Positions 42,601 through 56,108 of a DNA stretch of 64,000 nucleotides are shown one piece after another (position 1 is the stretch's first letter; each line of letters starts with the position of its first letter). Under the pieces are notes generated by a model. The model worked only from the letters and a program-made list of their open reading frames with translations. It was not told where the DNA came from and did no database searches. The stretch is from Eledone cirrhosa (Eukaryota). The position numbers and the translations under genes are program-made. Where the stretch lies: contig OZ024745.1 of assembly GCA_964016885.1 (NCBI GenBank), positions 119,536,001 through 119,600,000 on the forward strand. Direction: 5' to 3'.

Positions 42601-43639
42601 AGCTTATTCTTATAATTTTCATATTATTTCAATGGTATCCGACTGCAGCTATGCTGGAGCACCGTCTTCAAGGGATTTAATCTATCATATCCACCCTAAT
42701 ACTTCTTTTCTCACAAGAAGGGGTATTAATTTTATTTACCGATCCTATAGGTTACGGGAGATAAACAAACAGCACAGGTTCTTAAGCGATGAAGCAGGAA
42801 ACAGGGTGCCCTGTTTTGGTACAGAATCTGTCGTGAAGCGAACTTATCTGCAGACCTATATTTGTAATATGATGTAAGTTTATTTCACTTATATTAAACG
42901 ATAAATCTTTTGGAAAAGAAACCGGTGGCATTATAATATTTTTTTCTACTCTAACGCTTGCTTGAAAGAAACCAATATAATCATAGAGGTGTTGTTTGTC
43001 GAATTATCATGGCAGAAATATTAGATACCATAAAGTGAATATACGTCTTAAATCATAGATTAAATAAGATATGGTTAAAGGGAAATATGTTAATAACAAA
43101 TATATATTATATAATCCGCAAATGCTAGAGGAAATTGTGGAATCAACACAGAAATAAATACTATATTCAACAAAATATAACTAGAAGCGTTTTGGAAAGC
43201 TATTTGTTTGCAGATGAAAGTAAATGCAACTAAAAGAATATTTGGTTAGAAGATTATAGGTATTCAATAAAATCGCTGCAAAAACTGCCTCGTAACATTT
43301 CTATCCATCATGTAAAATGAGCTGTAAGTAGCTAATGTAATGGAAAGACTTCTACTATTGAATCATTAACAGCTTCTTTTTAATATGCTACTCAACAAAA
43401 TAACAACACTTTTCTGCACACTATTTAACATTTGCTGAATACATAATGTTTTCATAATGTTTGCATAATAATCCGCATGTTATATTGTTGATGATACTTA
43501 ATATGTAATTGAACCCTTTCATTTATACTATATACAATTAAATCAATTATTTTCTTATTCATATCTTACAATATATTGGAATTATCAACACAGATCACAG
43601 CACGTTATTAACGATGGTGATGGATTTTCCTTATCAATC

Positions 43640-43803
43640 AGACGTCATGCTTTGCAGCATAGAATTATGGCCATTTATGTTCTGAGTTCAAATCCTGCCG
43701 ACGTTAACTTTGCCTTTCATCATTTTGGGGTTGATAAAATAAAGTACCAGTAACGCACTGGGGAAATTGCTGGCCTTGTGTGTCAAAAGTAGAAACAATT
43801 ATT
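43640..43803 (+). mobile_element. SINE family B (5' diverged)
   Basis: B box, core and tail present. Confidence 0.8.
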
Positions 43804-43949
43804 AACACATTTATACGATCTGCTGTGGCAATGCGGTAAACTGAAATTATGAAGTCCTATCACAGTTAATCTAATTAGACATTTTCCTTATTGATCATCG
43901 TTGTATATTTTCATCTACAACATGGAAATTATTAAAATAAAATTTAGTC

Positions 43950-44845
43950 AGAAAAAATAAAAAAAGGGGGAAACAAAAGGAAAGAAAGAATAGGGAAATA
44001 TAGACAAACTAAGAGAGAGAGAAAGAAGAAAAAGAACGGAAAGGGGAGGGGATGGAAAGAGCTCTGGTGTCACAGAAGAGAGAGGAGGGGTGAGGGTGAT
44101 TGGGCTTTGGGCCTTGGGCAAGAGGACTGAAGTGCTGCGCCCGGCTGACAAGATGGCAAAAGCATTCCCCCGGACGATTGCCAGTGACACCCGCTGCAAC
44201 AGCCACCCAACCTCGGGGGGCTCCCTCCTCAGACGGGCCACCGACGCTCCTATCTTGTGGAGGAGTTCGGCAGTACGGAGTTCAAGAACGCTTGAGGTCT
44301 CGACGGTGAGTGGTGCGAAGGGGAAGCGGTCGGACAAACCCCGGTATTTGTTTATTTTACGCTCTTCTGCAAGGCGAGCTGCGGTACCCGGGGTTTGTGG
44401 CCGAAGCGGAGAACGTGTCGCAGCTGGTGGCGTCCCAGATGAGGGATATACCTCCTTCGAATGGGAAGAGGGTGATTCCATCGGGGCGCTTGCCATCTCC
44501 GCAGTCTAGGCCTGCTGGCTCCAGTTGAGATGGAAAGCCAGCTGCGTCCAGTCTTCTTCTCAATATGTCGTTGAGAGCGGTGTGTGAGCGGAACCGGCCT
44601 GTGCTCTGGCGGCAAGACAGAAGGTGTAGGCGGAACTTGTCAACAACCACCCCGCAATGGCATTTATGTGGATCACACACGCGGAGGCCAAGGCGTTGCG
44701 CTACTCCGATGCGAGTGCATTCATCATCAAGTATGGTATCGGTTGATGAGGAGGGCACCGAATTGAGCCACGCGCCGTTGTTGGGCTGAGAAGAGGAGCA
44801 GAGGCAGGCGAGGGTGTGTTGGTCCAGACTCGATCCGCCTGACTG
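43950..44845 (-). mobile_element. 5'-truncated CRE-clade non-LTR retrotransposon: CCHC knuckle, restriction-like endonuclease and 3' UTR
   Basis: GAWLNSVP...QRLGL...CHCG..HLLSC...HTALND...DGKRPDGIT...IWDAT, frameshift, AEERKINKY...PLTVET...QRVSLAIVRGNA. Confidence 0.88.
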
Positions 44846-44847
44846 TG

Positions 44848-45445
44848 GCAGAATTGATAAAGCTTCAAATAAGATATTTTGTGGTGTTTGTACCAACGTT
44901 TTATGTTCTGTGTTCAAATACCGCCGAGGTTAGCTTTGCCATTCATCCTTACGGGGTCGATAAAATAAAGTACCAGTCATGCACTGGAGTCGATTTATTC
45001 GACTTGCCCCTCCTCTAAAAATTGCTGTCCTTGTGCCTAAATCAGAAACCATTATTATTGGCAGAATTGTTAGAGCGTCAGATAAAATAATTTGTGGCGT
45101 TTGTACCGACCTTTCACGTACTGAATTCAAATGCCGCCGAGGTTAGCTTTGATTTTCATCATTAAGGGGTCGATATATTAAAACACCAGCAATGCACTGG
45201 GGTATTTAACAGACTCCCCACCCAACTTGGTGACTTGGAGCTTAAATCAGAAACTGTGGATTGGCAGTATCGGTAGAGGGTCGGACGCCATGCTTTTACG
45301 CATAGAGTTACGGTTCTTGCCATTCTGAGTTCAAATCCCGCCGAGGTTAACTTTGCCTTTCATCCTTACGGGGTCGATAAAATAAAGTACCAGTAATGCA
45401 CTGGGTAATTGCTGGCCTTGTGCCAAAAGTAGAAACAATTATTAT
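44848..45445 (+). mobile_element. Three head-to-tail SINE family B copies
   Basis: TGGCAGAAT/TGGCAGTAT heads at ~44845, ~45058 and ~45262, each followed by the core. Confidence 0.85.
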
Positions 45446-47164
45446 ATCATAACTATAAAAAGTACCAGTACAGAACTAATTGCTTACGAGCATTTATGTT
45501 TGTTGGATTGTACAGGTCACCTTTCTTAATTTGATAACACATGTAGTAGATTCGACTCTATTCAATAAGTATTATCTGCTAATTCCTGGCCTTGCGCCAT
45601 TTCAAAAAAAGTATTACATAACATTTACAATGATTACATATATTGCACCAATCTGTTGTTTAATCCAACTCAGAAGGAAACTGATATATTCGCCTTTGTG
45701 ATAGTGCATAATTACTAACGTGTCTACAATCAGTACTACCCAGAAAATACACCCTCTCACTCCACCGCACCTGTAAAATATATCTGATATCATATAAAAG
45801 TAATTTGAAGTAATCTGATTCTAATGTCTTCACCGCTTATCTGACAATTTCTCTTAGTATTTCTAGCATTTCCGCATTCTCTAACTATCATTAAATTTAA
45901 TACAAACGAGACTTGTAATAGTTGCAATTTAAGACCCTGTATTTAGGAATTTAGATAGTTCCAAATTAACCTGCACTGAGTGTTAATATGGCGTCGTTAT
46001 TTATATCTGATAACATTGAGCTATTCTTTATGATGAATAGACAATTTTAATAGAGAATAGTGACATACAGACAGACGAGCATAACTGAGCCTATTAGGTT
46101 AGCAAAATATCAACCAAGGTATTGATGGTTCATGTCTGAATGACGCTATTATGTATTGTCGAGATTCACAACCGCTCAAATCAATTTATTGAGATATAAA
46201 TATTTGCCATAAATCTAAACTATTTTAAAATTTGCGTCACATACGGAATACATGCGGAAACAATGCTACCTGGGAGAATGTGGAAAACATCTTCCATATG
46301 ATTGACGTAAACGCACTCACCAGCATACTGTTCCATTCTACAACAGTGAGAATTTTCCTATGTGTATTTTCGGTCTATTAGGATTTCTCCTTTACTGATC
46401 CAGCAAACTGCATGCCACTTCTACGAAAACGCAAATGATACACCCACGGAGGTTCCTGTTCATCACCTTTATATTTTCACAACTCACTCCGACCCTAAAC
46501 CCAAATCAATCTCTACAATCCAGACGTGCAATCATAAGGAATATACTGGCTGTCACAGACATTTTCAGCTGCATGAACCTACATACATGAATGTTAAACT
46601 TTAAATCCATCGAGTAGTGCAGTCTAACAGGGCCAAGAAATGTCACATTCTCAAATAAAAGGAAACATCAATTTACTCGGTGGGTGTATGGTAAACAATT
46701 ATGTTCTTTTCCATAGGTATAAACGCAGAAATCTTTAAGAGAAGCAATGAGAGAAGCTGAGATATTCCTGAATATATTAATAGTACTAATGGTATTGTGG
46801 TCCCCGGATTACAAATTCTAATTTACATCTCTAGACAGAAATCTGTTCATTTTTATGACACTGAAGCAGTTAATCTCCTAAGAAGTATTTTGTTTTAAAT
46901 TCTGGTATGGTCAGAACATACTTGTGTTTGCCTTCTCTAGTACCTTTTAACCATTGAAACAACGCAGCAACTCGTTATAAACATACTAGAATCGATTAGA
47001 TTTAATATTATCTCTACTGGACACTTTCGGCAGCCTCCAGCTTATTTCGAACAACATTTTAGAATGTGAGTGAACATTTTATTAAGTGACAATTTATTTT
47101 GTGGTTTCACATAACGTTAAATAATTGATTATATTGATCCCAAAGCTGGTCCTTAATCAATCCA

Positions 47165-47282
47165 GTAAGAAAGGAAAGCAGAGCTAATCTCGGAGGATTT
47201 GAACTCAGAATGTAAAGGGCCATAAGTCTATGTCGCAAATCATGTTTTTAGATGCTGTATCGATCCTGCCAATCCACCGCTT
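47165..47282 (-). mobile_element. SINE family B, 5' part
   Basis: GGATTTGAACTCAGAA...CTGCCAATCCACCGC. Confidence 0.75.
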
Positions 47283-47559
47283 CCCAAAATACTACATAAT
47301 AACTAGATTGATTGCATCCCTGCACGAACATTCTGAATTGTATTAATTTAATTTTAAATTTTATTTAGATATGCCTATCTTGTACACTGGGTTTGAAGAG
47401 TGACTACGACGAATTCCAGTATCATTTCTATATAGCTCTTTATTTGACATATTTTTTAAATAAAAAAATTACCAGCTTTGTATCAGTTTATTCTAAACAT
47501 TTTACTATAGGTCAGCAGCATTTATGCTACACGAATTTGATATAATTCTGTATGGATGG

Positions 47560-47887
47560 TCCCGTAACTCCTAATAGAGTTATAGGGCGCACTATTGACG
47601 TACAGCGTTTCTTAGGCTTATTAAGCTTGGCGGATCCCATCTCTCTCCAGAGCTGAGTACAACAAAATTTCTTCCAGAGAAAGATAGAAAGTGAGAGAGA
47701 AGAAAGGAGAAAGAGATATAGAGGAAGAATCCACCCAAGTACTTGACTGGTACTTTTTTTATCGACCTCGAAAGGATGTAGGGGAAAGTTGACCTCGACG
47801 GGATTTGAACTCAGAGAGTAGAGAGCCGGAACGCGTAACATAAAGCATTCTATCTGACGCTCTAACGACTCTGCTAATTTTCCACCT
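47560..47887 (-). mobile_element. SINE family B with alternative 3' tail
   Basis: Core at 47750-47815; tail similar to 12450-12630. Confidence 0.65.
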
Positions 47888-48660
47888 ATGTATCATTTGA
47901 TACGTTTAGAACACGTTAGAGATTTTTCTGCAGTCTTTGTTATTGGTTGCAATGGTAGTGAAAACGAAGGCACATTAGACTAAATATTATCAAGCTATGT
48001 TGTTATAATGAGATTATTTTCTATTCTCTTCCCACTCTGGTTTATCAAATAAGCCCACTCGATTATGTGGGATTAATTCAATCGGCTATACCTTTCGTCT
48101 GAAAATAACTGGTTTCATATGTGGGAAATAAATGATACCAGTCATCATATAGCGGACGCCATTATAGGAAATACAATAATTTAGCTAGCTATGATTCCGA
48201 TATTGTCTCTATTCCTAGTTGGAGACACATCCTTTTCCTGCAACCCGAATGTAATTAGGACAAACAGGAATGCCTCATATATATATATTTATACTCGGAT
48301 TTCTTTCCTAGAGTGCTTAAATTCTTTGGACTAATCCCGGTCTTTAAACAAAAGAAAAACCGCGATAATATTGCTTTTAGCTAAACTCCTTATTGTAGAG
48401 TTATTTTCGGAATGTTTTGGACTGTTGTTTCATGTAAACAAACATTCGTCTCATTCTGACGTCACCATATAATATACATATATAATAGTAGAACAGTAGA
48501 ACACTGGAGTGTTATATCCGTAGGAGTAGAACACTCAGTCTATGGGATGGGTTTGGGAGAAATATTTCCACAAAGGTTAGTTCACCATACCGAGAACAAA
48601 TATTTTACCCTATGCGGATCTTCAGCTCGTTCTAAAATCAGACCGAGCTGGAGATCCGCA

Positions 48661-49202
48661 TCTGTTCGCATAGCAACACAAGAGCAAGAATGAAGTGTTC
48701 ATTCTACTGACATGGCTATAAAATTGAGGCTTGTTTGCATAATTGCAAACGAATCGAATGTTATTATTAATATTCGAAAAACTCAGATTACATTTATTGT
48801 ATTCTGCCATGTAGAGCGAAATTTTCTTTTTTATTTGAATTTGGCAAAGCCGGCCATTTATCGCTCGTATGCAGGAAACTGACTGGCCAGACTGCTGATA
48901 TGCAAATGTGGCTGATCAGTGGATCTGCTAATATGCAGATCTGACTGATCAGCCAGTCTGCTAATATGCAAATCAGGCCGATCATTCACTGTTTATTTTT
49001 GAAAATAGCATATATATTTCACTAGCTCTGACAGTTTGGCAGGTGAACAGTAATACCCAGAAACATTAGTGTCTGCAGTTCTGTTGGCATGCCAATACAA
49101 GAGCAAGAATGAAGTGTTCATTCTACTGACATGGCTATAAAATTGAGTCTTGTTTGCATAATTGCAAACGAATCGAATGTTATTATTAATATTGGAAAAA
49201 CT
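48661..49202. repeat. ~122-bp direct repeat pair (48661-48783 and 49080-49202)
   Basis: CAAGAGCAAGAATGAAGTGTTCATTCTACTGACATGGCTATAAAATTGAG... is nearly identical in both copies. Confidence 0.85.
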
Positions 49203-50122
49203 ATATATATATATATATATATATGTGGAAAAACTGAGATAGGACAATTGTTTTAAAAAAGTGTTTTATAATGTATATAAAATATATAAAGTATAACCGG
49301 TTTCGATGTATTAGTGAAATTCATCTTATCAAATGTTGAGTATTACAATTAATAAGAATTAAAGACGAAAAATTAAAGATTTAAAATTAAATGTTGAGGC
49401 AAGTGTTTTTCATCTTCATTGTTGAGAAGGAGACTGGAAAAAGGAACTCTTGTGTATATAGAGAGAGGTTTGTCATGGTAGTAGCAGCAGCGGTGGTGGT
49501 TGTTTTGTTTTTTCACACAGAACAAAATTGTTTTGAGAGAGTAGGAGATATTCTGTAAATATGTGTGTGTATCTCAATTGTGTTAATGGACTGGTCAAGA
49601 GTTCAGATGGGGGTGGCGAAGAGGGGAATTGTAAGCTAGAAACAAATTCTATGAGATTGGCAACAGTACAGCTGTAAAAGAAATTCTGTTTTTTGAATAT
49701 GGTTTTAGAGAGTATGAGGTGTGTACGTGCAAGAGTGTATATATAGAAATACACACACGTGTGTGTGGGGGGGGGGGTGCTTCAGCCTGTCTGTCGCAGG
49801 TCCCTTTCTGGTGGGAAGAAATATATATATATATATAAATGTATGTATAGTATATTTGGCAATATACTGTATGTTTAATTAAAAACATTTAGAAGACCAT
49901 TCACTATCAGTTTTAAAGTAGTGAATATGTCACTTACTTATTTTCGGCAACGGCTAGGAGAGAAGCTGACAGCTGTCTCTCGCTGTTTGACGTGTATCAA
50001 AGCCACGCACTCAACTGCCTTTGCTGAACATTATAGAAGCTAGATTCTTATAGAATTCCAGTAATAGGAGCTAGTTATCAATAACTATGACTAGTTATCG
50101 CCAGTGTGTGTGTGTGCGTGTG

Positions 50123-50168
<46 letters not shown>

Positions 50169-50652
50169 GCGTGTGTGTGCGTGTGCGTGTGTGTGTGTCT
50201 GCATCACAATCTCAAGCCTGAAATCTACAATATTTAGTCCTCTGTATTACAAATAATTTGTAACTCGACAGTTAGTTATTTCTTGACTAAGAAATAAATA
50301 TATAGAAATATATAATTACTCACAAAGCTACAATCTACTCATTATATTTTGTTTTTAATATTTCGTTGATAAACTAACTAAACGATAAAGATAAATATCA
50401 AATTCGTGTTTTAATGAAAGAAATCTGAGCAGTGTCATTTGTTAAATTTACATTGCACCTCTGATTTAAATTCATTTAAAATGAGGTTGAATTACAGGAG
50501 GAAATGTTTGTTGTCTGACATACTGTCTCTGTGCACATTAGACATTTCCGTGCAGGATTTAATGTAATTCGAGTAAGACTATAAATACTCACTTTCCCTG
50601 TTCAGTGTTAATATCTATAGTCATATACATAACCTGATTTTCAGAAATGTTT

Positions 50653-51405
50653 TAAAGACTGGATTAAGTATAATGTAATAATTGTTTCTGCATGTGGCAC
50701 AAGGCCAGCAATTACCCTGTACATTCAGTAATGTACTGTGTAATTGCTGGCCTTGTGCCAAATGTAGAAACAATTATTACATGATACGTAATCCAGTCTT
50801 TATTTCATTTTATCGACCCCATAAGGATGAAAGGCAAAGTTAACTTCTACGGGATTTGAACTCAGACCGTAAAGGGACGTAACTATGCTAGAAAGCATGG
50901 CGTCCAACCCTCTACCGATACTGCCACTTCACCGTATCATGTAATAATTGTTTCTACTTTAGACACAAGGCCAGCAAATACCCAGTACATTACTGGTACT
51001 TTATTTTATCGACCCCGTAATCGACGATGTAATAATGAAAGGTAAAGTTAACCTCGGCGAGATTTGAACTCAGAACGTAAAGGTTCGTAACTCTATACCA
51101 CGAAGCATGATGTCTGAGACTTTACCGATGTTGCCAATCTACCGCCTTCGTATTAAGTATGTTGCCTTCGGATTAAATATCATATAATATTTTCTGATTT
51201 AGACACAGGGTTAACAATTTTAGTGGGAGTGAACGTCGATTAAATCGACCCCAGTGCGTCACTGGTACTTTATTTTATCAACCCCGTAAGGATGACAGGC
51301 AAATCTAACCTCGGTGGTATTTGGACTCAGAACGTAAATGGGCGTAACTCTATGCCGCGTAGCATGGTCTCCGACACATTAGCGCTACTGTCAATCCGCC
51401 GCCTT
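50653..51405 (-). mobile_element. Three head-to-tail SINE family B copies; the leftmost is interrupted by a fold-back duplication (50653-50802)
   Basis: Cores at ~50810, ~51005 and ~51275. Confidence 0.85.
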
Positions 51406-51589
51406 TGGATTAATTATCATACAATGACAATGATTATTATAAAATCAAATTAAGTCACTCCCAAAGAATCTACTTTGTTTCTCCAGTGTTCTCAAAACAA
51501 GAATAATCATCACAGAAAAAACACGTGCTTTGCATAAATTACAACTGAATAACAGAATGAACTCTATAGACAATGAACACAACCACAAG

Positions 51590-52025
51590 GATATGGTCCG
51601 AACGTGGAAGAGCCGAATTCCCTCTGTCATCGCCTCTATCTCTCCGTATGGGGAGCAAATGGTGTCGCACGTGCTGGCCTCCCCACAGCCCCGGCGGACA
51701 GAATGGAGAAGGCGTTTCCCCGGAGGATGGTAAGGGAGGTGCGCTGGAAGAGCCATTTCAGCTCAGTAGGCTCACACTTGCGGCTGGCCAGCTCAGCGCC
51801 TATGGGGATGAGTAGGGAGGTAGCCCTATGGCCAATGGCACCTGCAGTCTCCACTGTCAAAGGCACGACCACAAACCTGTTGGAGAGCGACCGTTACTTG
51901 GAGAGTTTGGCCTCCTCAGCTCGACGTGCAGCAGAACATGGGTTAGTCGCAGACTGCACCAGGTTGCGGCTGGAGAAAGTGTCGTTGCATCTGGCATCCC
52001 ATAGAAGAGGTTTTGCACCGCGGAA
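51590..52025 (-). mobile_element. CRE-type non-LTR retrotransposon 3' end
   Basis: KPLLWDARCNDTFS...AARRAEEAKLSK, VVPLTVETAG...WLFQRTSLTILRGNAFSILS. Confidence 0.85.
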
Positions 52026-52430
52026 CAGTGAGAAGCTTTCAGAAGAATTTAGAAATGTATTTGCGTGATAGAAAACACGTGACAGTTCAACATTAAAGGA
52101 AGTCAACTCATTCAAAATAACGAAACTGTTCAAAGAAACTAGAGGTGTTTTAAAGCTGTTTAAATCTGTAACAATTCTTATTTTCATCTTGTCACAAATC
52201 TAAGAATTATAATTTATTTAATTTAGATTGCATGTATGATGTGAATTTCTTTCCAAACCCATCAAATTAAAACAGGAAATCTTGTCAACTATTCTCCTTC
52301 ATCAAAATTACATCTATTGAACATTTAGACAACTAAAATCTTATATTGATATTTTTGTTTTTGTAAATATATTGATGCGGAGTTTGGTTGACATATATAT
52401 TCCAAACACTCATACAGTTTTTACTTCACC

Positions 52431-52431
<1 letters not shown>

Positions 52432-52513
<82 letters not shown>

Positions 52514-52514
52514 T
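52432..52514. repeat. (CTTT)n microsatellite
   Basis: Direct reading. Confidence 0.95.
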
Positions 52515-53029
52515 GTCTAGTAGTTCTTGCGCTTGTCCTCCTTTTCTTCTCATTTATGGCATTTATAGTTATTTCCAATACTGCTTTCTGTTTTCTGTAT
52601 GTTTAACTAGTTTATAGTTATATTAATTGGAATATTCCTCAAAGTAGATTGTAATAAAAGCTGAATTGCTGCAGTATTATTACATATTATGATTTTAACA
52701 ATTTTATTACCAATTTATATTCTGATAATCGATGGTATCAATTATGCTCATTTGATTATTCATACTCTAATTCAAAGTAACTTATAGTATGATTCATTGA
52801 ATTTATATTTCCGTTTTCAATCTATTCTTAATTTTATCCTAACGAAAACTGGGGAAATCTGGTTATGATTATATTTATGTAAAATACAAAGAGGAAAGAA
52901 CTAAGTGTAGCATAATATATTTAAAACTAAAACAAATATGGAAATCAGAGTCTATTAAGTTTTAAATTTAAAGATATTATCTGTACAGCTATGAAATATA
53001 ATTGTGATGGTAGAAGAGTAGAGTTAAGT

Positions 53030-53427
53030 GGTTTCAGATTTGGAACACGGCCAACAATTTTAGAGGAGGGGAAGTCGATTCAATTGACATCAGTGCATTA
53101 TAAACCCTGTAAGGTTGAACGGCAAAGCTAATCTCAGTGGGCTTTGAACTCAGAATGTAAAGAGCTGTGTGCTGTAAAACATGGTGTCCGATGCCCTACC
53201 GATTCTGCTAACCCACTGCTCGAATTTGCAGAATCCGTTCATGTTCATAATTGTTTCTACTTTAGGCACAAGGCCAGCAATTACCCAGTGCATTACTGGT
53301 ACTTTATTTTATCGACCCCGTAAGGATGAAAGGCAAAGTCAACCTCGGCGGGATTTGAACTCAGATCGTAAAGGGACGTAACTATGCTGGAAAACATGGC
53401 GTCCGACCCTCTACCGATACTGCCAAT
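53030..53427 (-). mobile_element. Two adjacent SINE family B copies (older 53030-53215, younger 53248-53427)
   Basis: The younger copy is almost identical to the reverse complement of 17793. Confidence 0.85.
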
Positions 53428-54484
53428 AGGCTATTTGGCCGTGACGTAAGCAATCTCATTAAGGAAATGGAATATTATCCGCCGGATTTAGAAGCTACAT
53501 TATTTGGTTTATTCATACGAAGGACCAAGTAATGAAATAGTGTAGAAATAAAATTATTATCACAGAAAAAAGCCCCAAATTGTTACAATGTATCGTACTG
53601 TTTAAATAATTTTGTATAGTTTCAAAAGCAGGAACACCATAATATTTATTAGAAATGATTAATAGAAGTATCTGCAAATATTTATTAAGGATAACACAGA
53701 GTCAATAGGGCAAAAAAGAAATATTATCTTGAATACAAAGAAATGGGTTATGAATGCAATAATTTCTTGCTTTCTCCAATCTATTAATAATTCTTTTGAG
53801 AAGTTCCTAAGCAAAATGCAAAGCATAAAATATGTTTATGGGGAAAATAACTGTACAGTCAATAAGACCCCGAATAATGATCGCTGCATTTCAAACAATT
53901 CTAGGTGTTTGACTTCATCGTTTCGTATCTAACTTTCTAACTCATAGACTGAATATTTTTGTACTCTACTACGAATATACTAACTAGACCTATTTGAAAT
54001 GTGTGCTGAAATCAATAAAATCTCAGCAAAAACCTTCGTGCAACATGTTACAGCACATGCCCTCTTGGAGGATATTTAACATTGCATGCCATAGATGTAA
54101 TTGCATCTACTATATTAGGTGCAAATAGACAACCATTTCCTCGAATAGTTGTGACAGTTGGTGTAATAGCTACCATTGGAAAGCGCAACAATGAGAATTT
54201 TGTTTCACAAAGACGATAACATCAGATGAAGGATTACACTGGTTTAGAGCAACCAATGCAGAATTTCTAGATTATCTCTATACATCACTTTCTGGAACTG
54301 TAATATTTTAACGGGTACTCAATAACGACCATCCAAAAGTATCGTCTATTTTACAAACTCATTCTCATGATTGATTTAAATATTGATGACACGATGTGTC
54401 TTACATTAGTCCATATGATAACCGGCGAATTATCGAAGCAACTGGGAGTTTAATCCAACGAGCGTGACACAAAGGATTGTTCTT

Positions 54485-54620
54485 TTAACTCTTTAGCATT
54501 TAAACTGGCGACATCCGACCAAAATTCTCTCGCTTCTTTCTATCCAAACCGGACGTGAATGGCTACTCATACTGACGTTGAGGTATTGTTCTCAAAATAA
54601 ACAAAATCAAAATCTCATAG
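54485..54620 (+). mobile_element. Possible piggyBac-type MITE end
   Basis: Starts TTAA-CTCTTTAGCATTTAAAC; no matching right end found. Confidence 0.3.
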
Positions 54621-54911
54621 ATTCAATTTGATGTGTGATAATTATGTTAGGTAAAGCCTTTACCGGGAAAATACAATAGTAAACATAGAGTTAAAGAAAG
54701 TTCCGGATGTGACAAGCATATACCACCGTCTAATGACCTATTTTCAATTACTACTGTATTCGGAAGTAAAGGCCGAAACATGGTGCGGACAAATCGACAG
54801 CAGACGATACTTGAGATCTGATCTTTTGATCTCCTTGAGATAGTAATATACAATTTCAAGACTGACTGTTCTACCAGAATGTACCTCCGTAGAAATTCTA
54901 CTGGGGACGCT

Positions 54912-55250
54912 CTCATTTATTAGGCCATAGTGTGTGTAATATCTCAATAATCCCTGGAGATATTGGTGAAGTTGGCACGTTTGATGACCCCAGGGTGTGC
55001 TTGGGAAACAGATATAGTGAATCACCTATTTATCAGGTCGTAGTGTGTGTGATATCTCAATAACCCCAGAAGATATTGGTAAAGTTGACAGTTTTAATGA
55101 CCCAGGCCAAGGGTGTGCTTCGAGAAAAAAATATAGTTTCTGTGACCTATTTATCAGGTCATAGTTTGTGTGATATCTCAATAACCCCTGGGTCATTAGG
55201 TTTAATGACCCAAGGGTGTGCTTGGAGAACAAATATAGTTCTGTAACCTA
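54912..55250. repeat. Tandem repeat, three diverged ~105-120-bp units
   Basis: TATTTATCAGGTC..GTGTGATATCTCAATAACCC...TGACCC..GGGTGTGCTT recurs three times. Confidence 0.85.
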
Positions 55251-55532
55251 CCTATATATATTCCTATTTGATTCTACTGACATCTTCCCTACTCTAATAC
55301 ACCCCCCCCCCTCACACTCTCACATCTGTGTCGATGTTGCACACGCATATAGATGTGTTTACAACTGATGTTTCTGTCATATCTCACACCTCTGTCTGGC
55401 TTTGACAGCAAAACCAAAGACAGATTAATTGGGGGCACAACTGCAGGACGAAAACAACAACAACAATAATAACCTTTATCGATCTAACTATTTATCGATC
55501 ATGTGTTAAATGTATTATTATTATTATTATTA

Positions 55533-55762
55533 GGGTGGTAGATTGGCATTATCAGTGGAGCGTCGGACACCATGCTTTATGGCATATGGTTACGCTCCTT
55601 TACGATCTGAGTTCAAATCCTGCTAAGGTTATCTTTGCCTTTCATCCTTACGGGGTCGATAAAATAAAGTACCAGTCACACACTGGGGTCGGTTTAATCG
55701 ACTTTCCCCTCCCCCAAATTGTTGGCCTTGTGCCTATAGTAGAAACAATTATTATTATTATT
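55533..55762 (+). mobile_element. SINE family B within (ATT)n, followed by (TAG)n
   Basis: Full head, core and tail. Confidence 0.88.
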
Positions 55763-55792
55763 AGTAGTATAGTACTAGTGGTGGTGTGGTAA

Positions 55793-55837
<45 letters not shown>

Positions 55838-56108
55838 CAGCAGCAGGATTGGACTTGCATAAATTGGTACTTAGCTATAAGGAGACGTTAATTTGACAAT
55901 TTACGCTCATTAGTAGAGGAATCAATTTGGTTGCTGTTAGTAGTGGGTTGCTCCAGTTTATGTTATACATTCCCTACATTATTTATTGTTCATCCTTCTG
56001 TGGACAATAGATAAAATACTGGCCTCAATATAGTTCAGTATTCATTTTTACCAAATTCGAACACCCATTGTCGAATTTAAGATTGTTTAAAGAAATCACG
56101 ACTGTTTA

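Noticed and set aside
48612-48661. Pre-miRNA-like hairpin
   Set aside because: Better explained as a short inverted duplication of a repeat end; no expression evidence.
53700-54480. Possible coding remnants in unique sequence (also 7440-7640 and 31150-31560)
   Set aside because: Short frames broken by stops, with no motif I can assign reliably.
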